Assembly (NCBI RefSeq): GCF_006345805.1
Contig: NW_021836587.1
Location: 1 to 23,761 of the forward strand
DNA from: Octopus sinensis
Taxonomy: Eukaryota
Reading direction: 5' to 3'
DNA: 23,761 nt
Part shown: in pieces, positions 9,662-21,344 of the stretch
How positions within the stretch are numbered: the first letter of the stretch is position 1
Layout of the letters: each line of letters starts with the position of its first letter
Made by a program: the position numbers and the translations under genes
Notes under the pieces: model-generated
Databases searched by the model: none
Seen by the model: the letters and a program-made list of their open reading frames with translations, nothing else
Told to the model about the DNA's origin: nothing

Positions 9662-10020
9662 GTGGCCATGTGTCCGTTGCCAGCCTCGGCTGGCCCCCGT
9701 GCCGGTGACACGTAAAAGCACTGTCCGTTCGTGGCCGTTTGCCAGCCCTGTCTGGCAACCGTGTCGGTGGCACGTAAAAGCACCATCCGTTCGCGTCCGT
9801 TGCCAGCCTCGGCTGGCCCCCGTGCCGGTGACACGTAAAAGCACCGTCCGTTCGTGGCTGTTTGCCAGCTCTGTCTGGCCCCGTGTCGGTGGCACGTAAA
9901 AGCACCATCTGTTCGTGTCCGTTGCCAGCATCGCCTGGCCCCGTGCCGGTGACACGTAAAAGCACCATCCGTTCGTGGCCGTTTGCCAGCTCTGTCTGGC
10001 ACCTGTGCAGGTGGCACGTA
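9662..10020 (+). repeat. Tandem array of six ~61-bp GC-rich units in A/B alternation, at the 5' side of the SINE body
   Basis: CACGTAAAA anchors at 9709, 9771, 9832, 9893, 9953 and 10015 (periods 62, 61, 61, 60, 62). There are no unique spacers. Confidence 0.95.
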
Positions 10021-10203
10021 AAAAACACCCACTACACTCGCGGAGTGGTTGGCGTTAGGAAGGGCATCCAGCCGTAGAAACACTGCCAGATCTGACTGGG
10101 CCTGACGAAGCCTTCCAGCTTCACAGACCCCAGTTGACCTGTCCAACCCATGCTAGCATGGAAAGCGGACGCTAAATGATGATGATGATGATGATGATGA
10201 TGA
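9662..10203 (+). mobile_element. SINE/short retroposon of the same family as 2880-3063, with internal tandem array and (TGA)n tail
   Basis: The body 10010-10176 aligns to 2880-3049. Palindrome CCATGCTAGCATGG at 10148-10161, (TGA)n at 10177-10203. No tRNA-like head or TSD is visible. Confidence 0.85.
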
Positions 10204-11358
10204 AATCAGTTTATTATTTTATAATCAAATGGTGCCTTACAGAGCCCATAAATTATTAAAAAAATCTGTTGGAAATCTAAAATACAAAACAAAACAAAAT
10301 TCCTTTTCTAAGAATAGATAAACATAAATGTATAAATATAATATTAATTAATAAAACTGAAAATTAAAATATGAAACAAGACTTTTTGGAATTACGAGCA
10401 CATTTAAGAAACAAAAGTATGATTAGGGAATTATAAAAGGATTTGGGGAACCCTTTTATAACCATGTCTCTAACGATAATAAACAACTAATGTTTCAATT
10501 AATCCGTTAAATAATCAAATATTTTTTAGAAAAATCAGTAAAATAACTATTACTTATTACAATTTTAAGCTGATATTTTATGTAAAACTATAATGGATCC
10601 TGTTATCATTGATATAATAACAAGAGGTCAGTTGATATTTGAATTTAAATAAGATAACTTGAATGTGGACAGTTTTAAATAGGTTAGTCACAGGATTCAA
10701 ATAGTGCTGCTTAGGTTAGATAACAACAAGATCAAAATAAAAAATGTAAAACTCAATGCATTAGTTTACATTATTACATTACCTAGCAGCATTAAATAGG
10801 TTTCACTGCACCCATGGCAAATTAATGAATGGTATTCATAAACCTGACTGTTCTTTACAATTATAGCTTAATGTTGTTATGGCACTCAAATTTGTTATGC
10901 AATAATATTCCTACTATATTTAAAGAAGTTCATTTATTTTTGTTATGCCAGATGAAAAGCAGTTTTACACACACACATACTATAAATAAGACAATTAATA
11001 ATACAGTGAGATTAACATTTATTGAAATGAAATTACTCTAATTAGTGTGTTTTATACCTGAAATAAGTAATACTTTTACTTCATTGAAAGAATGAAGTAA
11101 AAAAAAAAGGGTAAGACTATTGAAATAAAAGAAACATTTAATACAACAAAATATATAAATTTTTAACATCATCTACTTTCACAGAGTACATTGCTATCAT
11201 CAGATGAATTGTCTCTAGAGAGTGAATTTAATACATGAAACAGTTGAGGAATATAAAAAAATAATCATTCAACTAGTTTTCTGAAATAACTGAAGATTAA
11301 AAACTGATTGAGTGTGTGGTATGCAGGTGGATAGGTAGGTAGGTAGGTAGATAGATAT

Positions 11359-12538
11359 GTTTCTTTATTAGCCACACAGGGCTGAACACAGAGGGGATGA
11401 ATTACAAAGTAGAGCTTTTCTTTTTGGGGAGAAAAAAAAAAGGGGGGTAGGTTTTCGATCAAAAGGGATCGTAAAAAAAAGAAAAAAAACGATCAATAGG
11501 GATTGTGTATCACAGAAATGTCATGATGTAAAGTGTAAAAGGGGAAACTGATAAGGTTTATCCATGGAAAGAAAAGCATACGGAAAAAACCACGGTAACC
11601 TCGGTCAATAATGTCACATGTTAACACATTTATTTGCAAGTAAGTAACTTTCTGTTTTAAATTTTTCTGGGTTCATAGGATTATGCTCAAGGTGGCTTCG
11701 TCATTCATATGTGCCATACTTGCTACATTCATCCATAATTTTTTGAAACATTCGCTAGACAAAACTTGCCTCTCTACTTTCATTTTCCTTTTCAAGTGAT
11801 ACTTGAAGAAGTTGATGAGAGATTGACCAGAGAGGAAAGTGTTTGTCTCTAATCCTTTCAGACGCGTCCACCAGATACATTCTTTTGTCATAGCCACAAG
11901 TATGATGAAAATAGCTCTTCCTTCCTATTTGAAGGAAGGAGGCGTGACGATATTGACGATAGACTCGGTTGATAAACTGACTCGTTCCACACGTGACAGC
12001 AGTCGTTCGACATAAGCCCACAGGTTGGAAATGGTTGGACACTGCATGAGTGCGTGCAGAATGGTTTCATCGCTCTGACTGCATCTCAGGCAGGTCAGCC
12101 CCATATTTCTCAAGCCGTGTCTGTAGAGTTTATCCCGAACAGGTAGCGCTTCTCAATAGCACTGCCAGGCCAGGGATCTCTGGAAGTTGTCCATAGGTCC
12201 CGGCCCAAAAGTTGTCTTGAACAGGCGGGTCAGGTATTCCTTGTCGACGCCCAGGTTCGCCCTGAGATCGTCGTCGTACCTCCCCTCCACTAATCCCTTA
12301 TAGAGTGCTTTGGTTGTGTTGAAGTTGCTCAAGGTTGACCCAGGATAGCATAGTTGCTTGAGAGCAACGCGACACTTGCGGTGCCATTCACCCTTCCGCT
12401 GCCTCTTTTTGATCCACGACTGCAGTTCGGTCATGGAGACGAGCTGCGGGAAAGCGTGCCTCCACAAACGGCAACCACACCTGTTCACCGTCGTCTACGT
12501 AGAGCCAGAGATGTCGCAGTCTCAGCGCGTGTCAGAAT
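11359..12538 (-). mobile_element. Tx1/L1-group LINE, 5'-truncated 3' fragment (ORF2 C-terminus with CCHC zinc finger, 3' UTR)
   Basis: LRLRHLWLYVD...NFQRSLAWQCY / ALPVRDKLYRHG...TCLRCSQSDETILHALMQCP (C-x2-C...H-x4-C) / KECIWWTR...FFKYHLKRKMKVER, stop at 11673-11675. AATAAA at 11364-11369 (minus), then a (TATC/TACC)n tail. Several frameshifts and stops. Confidence 0.85.
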
Positions 12539-12989
12539 GATAGATAGATGGATACACAGATAGTTGGATAGATAGATATAGACAGGCGGGTTAGATAAGT
12601 CTTTTAAAAGAAGTATCTTATGATACTGGAAGAAAAAATATGAACATTCATTTTGTCTGTCCCATCTCTCTCTCTCACTGCCTTTCTCTCTATAGTGACA
12701 CACACATATATACATAGATAAATACAAGTAATTTCTTAACATGATAGTTAAAAATATTTAGTTAAGTTATAATTATAAATTATAAGAAATCATAATTTCT
12801 ATTTAAAAATTAGAAATTTCAAATGTTCAATCGTTGTATATTTATGTACCTGTGTGTATCTGTACGTGTCATTATATATGCATAGAGAGGTGGGTGAGAG
12901 AGAGAGAGGGGGGAGGGCAAAATAGAAATTCATAGTTTTGTTCTGTCTTTAAACAATAGTGTTGAGAAATATATAGGTCTGTGTACATA

Positions 12990-14261
12990 TTGGGTCATCC
13001 CATAAATAGTGTTTTTTTCAATTGCATAAACTAAAAGTCAGAGTAGGGCAGGATAAACTACCTGCATCAACTTGCTATAAAAGCAGGTTGTAATTTCACC
13101 TTCTTCTATTCTTAGTGCAAGTTTTGAAGAGTGCAGTCAATTTTAACAGTTATTTTTTCAAAGATATAATGGAAGTGACAAAGGAGTATATTTGGCATAT
13201 TATGCTTTATGAGTTCAATAAAGGCAACAATGCAACAAAAAGTGAGAGAAATATTAATGCAGTACATGGGGATTGGACAATAAGCATAAGCCAGCGTCAA
13301 CAGTGGTTCCAGAAATTCCAAGCCAGAAACAAGCCCCATCCTGGAAGATCTGTAGAGCTCGACAAGGATGTCCTGCATACCCTGGTGGAACAAAATCGCA
13401 TCATAACTGTTGAGGAACTAGCAGAGAAGCTTGGATTTGGTCATTGAACCATTCATCAACACCTGCATGCCATCGGTAAAGGCAGCAAATTGGGTCAATG
13501 GGTTCCTCACAAACTTTCTAAGTCTAATCATGTGCAGAGTGAATGTGTACTCTTCTTTGCTGTCAAATCTCATGAATGAATCTTTTTTGGACTGAATAGT
13601 GACTGGTGACGAAAAATGGGTTCTCTATAAAAATGTCAGGCGCCAAAGACTGTGGGTAAGGAAAGGAGAAACACCAGCACCCCAGGCTAAAGAAGGTCTT
13701 CACCCATATAAGGTGTTGTTATTTGTTTCTGGGATATGAAAGGTTTAGTCCACTTTGAAATTTTAAATCCAAACCAAACAATAGCAAAGGAGATCTACTG
13801 CAAGCAGCTGGAGCAGCCTAAGTCAGCGCTAGAAGAAAAACAACCATCTTTGGTCTCAAGACAAAAGGTGTTCTTCCATCAGGATAATCCTCAGCCACAT
13901 ACAGCGAGGATGACATTCCAAAGGTTGGAGCAGTTTAAGAGCAGTTTAAATGGGAAAAGATACTCCACCTATCATATTCGCTTGACATTGCTCCATCTAA
14001 TAATCATTTATTCTGCAGTCTTCAAAATAATTTGCACTGCAAAACATGAATTCTGTAGACAAAGTCAGAGCAGTACTGGAGGAGTATTTTTCATCATGAA
14101 CAAGTAAATTTTGGAAGTGAGGCCTTGCAAATCTACCAGATAGATGGAAGAGCATTGTAGAAGATGAAGGCAAGTATATTTTAGATTAAAAAAAAAACTT
14201 TATCTTAATTTAAAAAAATAAAAGAAGTATAAAAAATTGCATTATTTATGGGATGACTCAA
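12990..14261 (+). mobile_element. Full-length (1272 bp) inactive mariner transposon
   Basis: TIRs TTGGGTCATCCCATAAATAGTG (12990-13011) and reverse complement TTGAGTCATCCCATAAATAATG (14240-14261), 20/22 identical. TA target duplications at 12988-12989 and 14262-14263. Confidence 0.97.
13169..14189 (+). pseudogene. Mariner DD34D transposase pseudogene
   Basis: MEVTKEYIWHIMLYEF (HTH), WVPHKL, IVTGDEKW, HQDN and YSLDIAPSN motifs. There are 34 residues between D2 and the D3 position, and D3 reads N. Stops (e.g. 13445-13447) and frameshifts, including the 11-nt tandem duplication GAGCAGTTTAA at 13928-13949. Confidence 0.95.
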
Positions 14262-15846
14262 TACATACATATATACAACAAAAGAGAGAGGGAGAGGGGT
14301 AGTTATGAACCAAACCAGAAGTTATGTTACAGATTTCACAAAAATTCTAATGATTATTTGGGGTTTTAAAAGTAATGCCTTATTTGAACCTTGTTTTTGG
14401 TTATTTTTATGAATAATCTTGAATTTCATTGGAAAATTATTCTTTTACTTTTGACAATGCAAATCAATTATTAGAGCTTTCAGTTTCTTCCTGTTCAATA
14501 AGCAAACAATGTAAAGTTAACAGTCTTTCACTCACAAAACAGTCAATCTGAGGCTATAGTTACTTTTGTTACACTAATGCATTATATGCCATATAATTCT
14601 AATCGTGTGATACTTCAATTGTTAACTTTTACAGTTGATTTTTTTTCTGACTACCTACAAAGAATAACTTACCTTTTTACTCAACCTGTTAGAGATGGAG
14701 GGAGACACTGAAAGTTTATTAATACACTAAAGACTACAAGATATATTCTACTAATTCATAAATTATATAAACCATGGATTAAATAGTACATAATAATTTG
14801 ATTTTTACAATACTTATTAACAAGTATACTGAGAATAACAAACGAAGGGATTAAAGAAATCAACTCTATATCCTTTTTTTGGCCTATGTTAATGTATGAA
14901 TTATACACTTTATCATTTACACTAAGCATGCTACCAAAACAAATGTTTCATAGTAACAGTTCAAAATTTTACAGAAGTAAAATAATTACATTTTAAAGTA
15001 ACCTTTCATGGGGATTTAAAACTGGATGGACAATACAGTTCACCACACCAAAAATATTCAGTTAATGTCACAAGAAGACAATGACTATAATGTAAACTAC
15101 TAGTAGTTGTGCTTTGCAGCCACCTCCTTTAGCAGAAACATTGAAGCTACAATAAGTAATATCTGCTTCAGGGAAATCCTAGATTTGAAATTTAGTACAG
15201 TTTATACAGTATAAATGATGTAAAAATATACTTTTCTTTGAAGAGAATATACAATAATTAATTGAATGTTACTACAAGTGGACTATAATTTTCTCAACAT
15301 GCTCTTGTAGACACTTCAACTAAACTGCTAAATGTACAGGCTCATTTTCCCAAGTGAAGTATTTGAAGAGACAAAGATTATTAATATAAAGTATCATTGG
15401 ATGAGTATGTATCGATATTCTTGATTACAATATAATACTCTATAATAACGTTGATTAATAGCAATGAATACATACATCTCAATACAAGTTAGATATGATA
15501 ATGTATTACATCTCTACTGTAGCAGTTTGGGTCCTATAATAACTCTTTGGAAAAAAGAAAAACCCAACAAAAGCACATGTGAAAAACCACTGATTAAAAA
15601 TAGTCTTTGTAAAGCTATTGGCTTTTATTTATTTCCATGGAACTTGTTATTAGACTAAATAAAAATAAAGTCTACTAGTTCAATTCCCCACAGCTTTTGC
15701 AGACAAATGATGTGAAGGGTGAACTTTGGTAGGTTGATTCAAGAAGATGAATTATAGGCAGAGAATAGAATTCTCAGGAACTGTATTTTTGGAAGAAAAG
15801 ATTGGCCAAATGTTTAATAGAAATTCTGGTGGATGAGATATATTAA

Positions 15847-16063
15847 CCCATTAGTTATTATATTTCTGTTGAAATACATTGTCTTTGATTCAATATATTT
15901 TGAAAATAATGAAGAATTTAGTAAAGTATCTTTGTCTTTATTAAATAAGTATTTCATATATAAATTAAAATGAAATTTTGACAGTTTTTAATTAAGATCA
16001 TTATGAAACACGAAGCTTGTAGCAGAGAACCAAGAGCAGTCTCAGGCAGTTAGTATAAAAAGG
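15847..16063 (-). mobile_element. piggyBac-family MITE (217 bp), opposite orientation to the neighbouring piggyBac
   Basis: TTAA on both sides (15843-15846, 16064-16067). The terminus CCCATTAGTTATTATATTTCTG matches the reverse complement of the piggyBac right end (17162-17183) at 19/22. The other terminus loosely resembles the piggyBac left end. Confidence 0.7.
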
Positions 16064-16101
16064 TTAAAAGTAAAAAGAAGCATATTTGTTGGCTGACTAA
16101 A

Positions 16102-17183
16102 CCCTTTCGTTACCAAACCGCCCAAAGCCGCCTCAAAAAAATTTTGGTTAATGTGACCAAACCGCCCAAACCCGCCCGTATTTACCTATTCATATTTAAA
16201 TGAGAATATCAGAGCAAATCTCTTTAGTACATTCGTGAAAACACGTATTATACTTCGTAAACAGTTCAACTACAGTTTTGTACAACAATCGAAGTGTAAT
16301 TTTAATTCCGTGAATTTTAGGAGATTTTTTTCCGAAATTTGTTCCTATTGTGTTTTCAAAATTGTAATTCTGACAAAAAATGGATACGAATTTCATTATA
16401 TCAAGCAGCGAGTCAGAATTCGAAGGATTTTCTACTGAAGACCTTCATAAATCTAACTCTATGACTGAAAAAAAAAGCACGTGGTATTTGATAATGAATC
16501 TGATGTTTCATTTTCCGAAAGTGAAAACAGTGAATCCAAGAGCTCCGACAGCGATAAAGAAAATGAATTGGCACCTGAATGGAGTGAAAATTTAAAAACT
16601 GTTTCTTTCGGTGATTTTTCTGAAGAAACTGGACCAAGCCACAGACTTTCCCAGAAGAGTAAAGCCTTAGACTATTTCTTTTTACTTTTTCGAATGAGCT
16701 TATTTGAAATCATTACAGCGGAAACGAACTGTTACGCTAAATGTAAACAAAGCGAAAGAAAGGACAGTTAGTAGTTTCCCATAACCTTAAATGAAATTAA
16801 GACTATTTTGCCATAAATATTATTATGGGTATCAGAAAGTTACCCAGAATAACAAATTCTATCGTAAAATTTTGTTGTATACCCAATTGAATATTAGCTA
16901 ATAACCCATTTTCTATAGCAATGTTTGAACAAAATTTTAATAATTTTATATTTTGTTTTGATTTGCCTGTATCTACCACCAATTAGAGTCACTTTGTGAC
17001 AAAAATTATAGTATAGAATTGTTGAGAACATTTCATTAAATTATCTTCCAAAATTCACGTTAATATATTGATAATAAAAAGTTATAGTTGTTTAATGAAA
17101 TCAGACTAAATTTATGATTACGTTAAAAATTAATTGAAACACATAAGGGGTGTATTTTGGTCAGAAATATAGTAACGAAAGGG
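16102..17183 (+). mobile_element. Internally deleted piggyBac transposon (1082 bp)
   Basis: Perfect 12-bp TIRs CCCTTTCGTTAC (16102-16113) and GTAACGAAAGGG (17172-17183). TTAA on the right, TAAA on the left. Subterminal direct repeats ACCAAACCGCCCAAA occur twice. Confidence 0.92.
16380..16855 (+). pseudogene. N-terminal fragment of piggyBac (PGBD-like) transposase; catalytic DDD region absent
   Basis: Acidic Ser-rich N-terminus, then ALDYFFLLFRMSLFEIITAETNCYA...*.FPITLNEIK..../IIMGIRKLPRI, matching the PGBD YF.LF....I..ETN.YA...W...T..E....I.MG...P pattern. Homology ends near 16855. Confidence 0.85.
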
Positions 17184-17479
17184 TTAAGCAAGGATATTAC
17201 AAAGCTTACTAGTTCAGAGGAACAAGAAATGTCATAGTAGCTGACAATGTTTGTATGCATAACAGCTGCATATGTGAGAAACAAAGTCAGTCCAGAAGAA
17301 GACGTTTCTTCTTTTGAATACTGTATTATCAATGTTCTAGATGTGTAGTTACTATAGCATTTCCTAAGAGATTGTGAAGTCTAGCATGTGAAAGTATCAA
17401 GAGAAGTTGTTTTTTTTTATCTTCAGTCACTCTTGATCAACACCCATCACAGCACTGAGGTGTTCAGAGGTCATATTTC

Positions 17480-17520
<41 letters not shown>

Positions 17521-17522
<2 letters not shown>

Positions 17523-17920
17523 CAATAAGAAAATGGAGGGGATCAATAGGTGGTATTCATTCAACTTTTAGACATTATATTATTTCAATTTATTTATTTA
17601 TTAAAAGGACAATTATAACAATATACATACATGTATAACATATCATGCTTTACATATATAATATATAAAATATAAAAACATCAGTAATTATTAAAATAAT
17701 GAAAATAAAACTTAGAGCAATAGAAATTGGGACAATATCTCACAGCTGTTTCAGCCAAGAGGTAATAATACCTCATTCTACTGTTATCCCTCCAGTGGAT
17801 TGAAGTAATTAGATGAAATTGAGGTACTTGGGTGTTTCTCTAGGCTTCGTCAGAGACTGACATAATATGGCTAAAAGTTGATGACTATCACCTATTGATC
17901 CCCTCCATTTTCTTATTGCT
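17521..17920. mobile_element. Unclassified ~400-bp non-autonomous element with 50-bp terminal inverted repeats
   Basis: 17521-17571 vs reverse complement of 17871-17920: the first 32 bp are identical, then 2 mismatches and 1 gap. The left side abuts (TA)n. Confidence 0.7.
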
Positions 17921-18091
17921 CTATAAATTAATGGTAAAATAACTCTTTACCCTCACCCATTTATTACACTTAGTAATGTATTGCCATGCAATGAAAAAAC
18001 ATTTCTGTATTAATGATTGTGTATTCTACCAGCAGTATATTGGATAGATATCCCTTAGTTGGTTGGATTCACAACCTCGAACTTTCTTGAA

Positions 18092-19713
<1,622 letters not shown>

Positions 19714-20689
19714 TTTGATTTTTTGATTTTGATTTGATTTCTCCAGTTTCAGCTAATGAGCTGTGGCCATGCTGGGGCACCGCCATTTGGTTTGCTACAC
19801 GGGTTTACCTCACGGATGCTTTTTAGCAAACGCCATCTGATGCATGAGAGTTCGATGCAGCTGCCCTCATCTGCACCTCCTGCCGTGAAGTTGGTTCATC
19901 CGTGACACCTGACAGGAAGAGATCCAGTCCTACTTTAAAGACATCCGCATCTACACCATGCAGGTCCCTCAGGTTTTTCGGGAGGACATTGAAGAGCCGT
20001 GGGCCTCTGAAGCCCAGGCTATCACAATATCTTGTCCTACATCTTGATGGCAAATTTGGAGTCCTTGGTACTACGCAGTGGCATCCGGTTCTGGCGTTTG
20101 TGTGACTCTCGATGCCAAAGTCTGGGACAAGACCTTCCAGGATCTTCCAGATATATATTATGGCATATCTTTCTCGCCTACGCTCCAGGGAATAGAGCTT
20201 TAATCTCTTGAGTCTCTCCCAGTAGCTCGTATGCTGCACAGAGGCTATCTTCTTCTGCACAGAGGCTATCTTCTTCTGCTCTCTCCTTCTCATGGGAGAG
20301 TTACAGACAATTTTCAATTTCTAACAGTTTTATTTTCAGGCGGGACTTTTCACTGCTTTCAATTTGTTTGTTTAGGCGATTTGAAATTTTTGTACGCCGT
20401 CTCATTAAAATTTTCCTCTCTCTGGGGATTTTGTTCTTGTGTACATTGGCCTTTCTCTCTGGGACACATTTGTAGCATATGGCTTGCATTACAGACATGA
20501 ATTGTTGAAGTATCATGTCGATGTCCGGCGAGGAGAGACAGAGACATCAGGCCAGTTTTGTTTGAGGATCTCTTTCTCAATTTGTTTCCAGTTTGCCTTA
20601 TTGAAGTTCAAGCTGGAAAAGATTCTGAGGGTTCTTGTAGGCTGCATGTCCGCGGCTCTTTTGGCCCGTACATGGTCAGCTCTACCATG

Positions 20690-21344
20690 TTGTGATCCGA
20701 GAGTAGTGTCGGTGTCACTTTCACATTATGGATGAGATCCATATTATTGTGAAGCAGAGATCCAGTGTGTTACCTGCTCTGGTTGGTTGGAGTATTACTT
20801 GCTCCATGTACAGGGTGGTGATGAGGTTCAGGAGGGACCTCGCCTGTCCTCGTTCACATCTTGTCATTCTGCGAGAAAGGCCCTCGGGCCATCTGACATT
20901 GGGCAGATTGAAGTCTCCCATGAGAAGTACACTTATGTGTTGTTCTAATGTGATTAGAACTTCTATTTTTAAAAGGCAGTCCTCAAACTTGCCCATATGA
21001 CTTGGGGCATCTGGAGGGCGATATGTAGCACACACAACTACATCAAGTTGCCTTATGTGTACAATTAGTGTGTCACACACCGAGTTTGAGTATGACAAAA
21101 GGACCTGGGGTGTGAGGTCCCCACGGATGTACATAGCAACTCCTCCATGACTCCTTTCTTTCCTGTCGGTCCGTAGTACAACATACTGTGGTATGTGTAA
21201 TTCCGCATCTACTAAGTCCGGTTTCAGATGCGTTTCTGTGAGTGCTATGCATAAGGCTTGATTGCATGTGACAAAGTCTCTCAGGAACGGGACTTTTGTC
21301 CTGTTACTTTGTGTTAGTAGTCCTCTGATGTTCAGTAGGAGCAT
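20690..21344 (-). pseudogene. ORF2 apurinic/apyrimidinic-like endonuclease domain
   Basis: All APE motifs are present, with one frameshift near 20740 before SDHN. Confidence 0.92.

Noticed and set aside
9700-9900. HDV-like or pistol ribozyme in the array units
   Set aside because: There is superficial likeness (CCAGCCTCG.CTGGC; CACGTAAAA after a hairpin). I could not find a P2 3' strand or catalytic J4/2 (HDV) or the P2/P3 arrangement (pistol).
9662-10020. CRISPR array
   Set aside because: The units are contiguous tandem repeats without unique spacers, there are no cas genes, the context is eukaryotic, and the array runs straight into a SINE body.
9616-10146. 176-aa and 130-aa repetitive ORFs over the array
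   Set aside because: They arise from GC-rich tandem repeats with few stops, in several frames on both strands, and have no domain signature.
17834-17853. Third hammerhead core on the minus strand (CTGACGA-AGCCTAGA-GAAAC)
   Set aside because: Stem II does not pair, and I found no stem I or stem III partner or cleavage triplet. It is at most a remnant.
19823-20317. In-frame endonuclease-to-C-terminal fusion protein suggested by the 164-aa ORF
   Set aside because: The native linker frame (LSHEKERAEE) differs from the C-terminal-domain frame and has a stop at 20301-20303, so no continuous fusion ORF exists in this copy.
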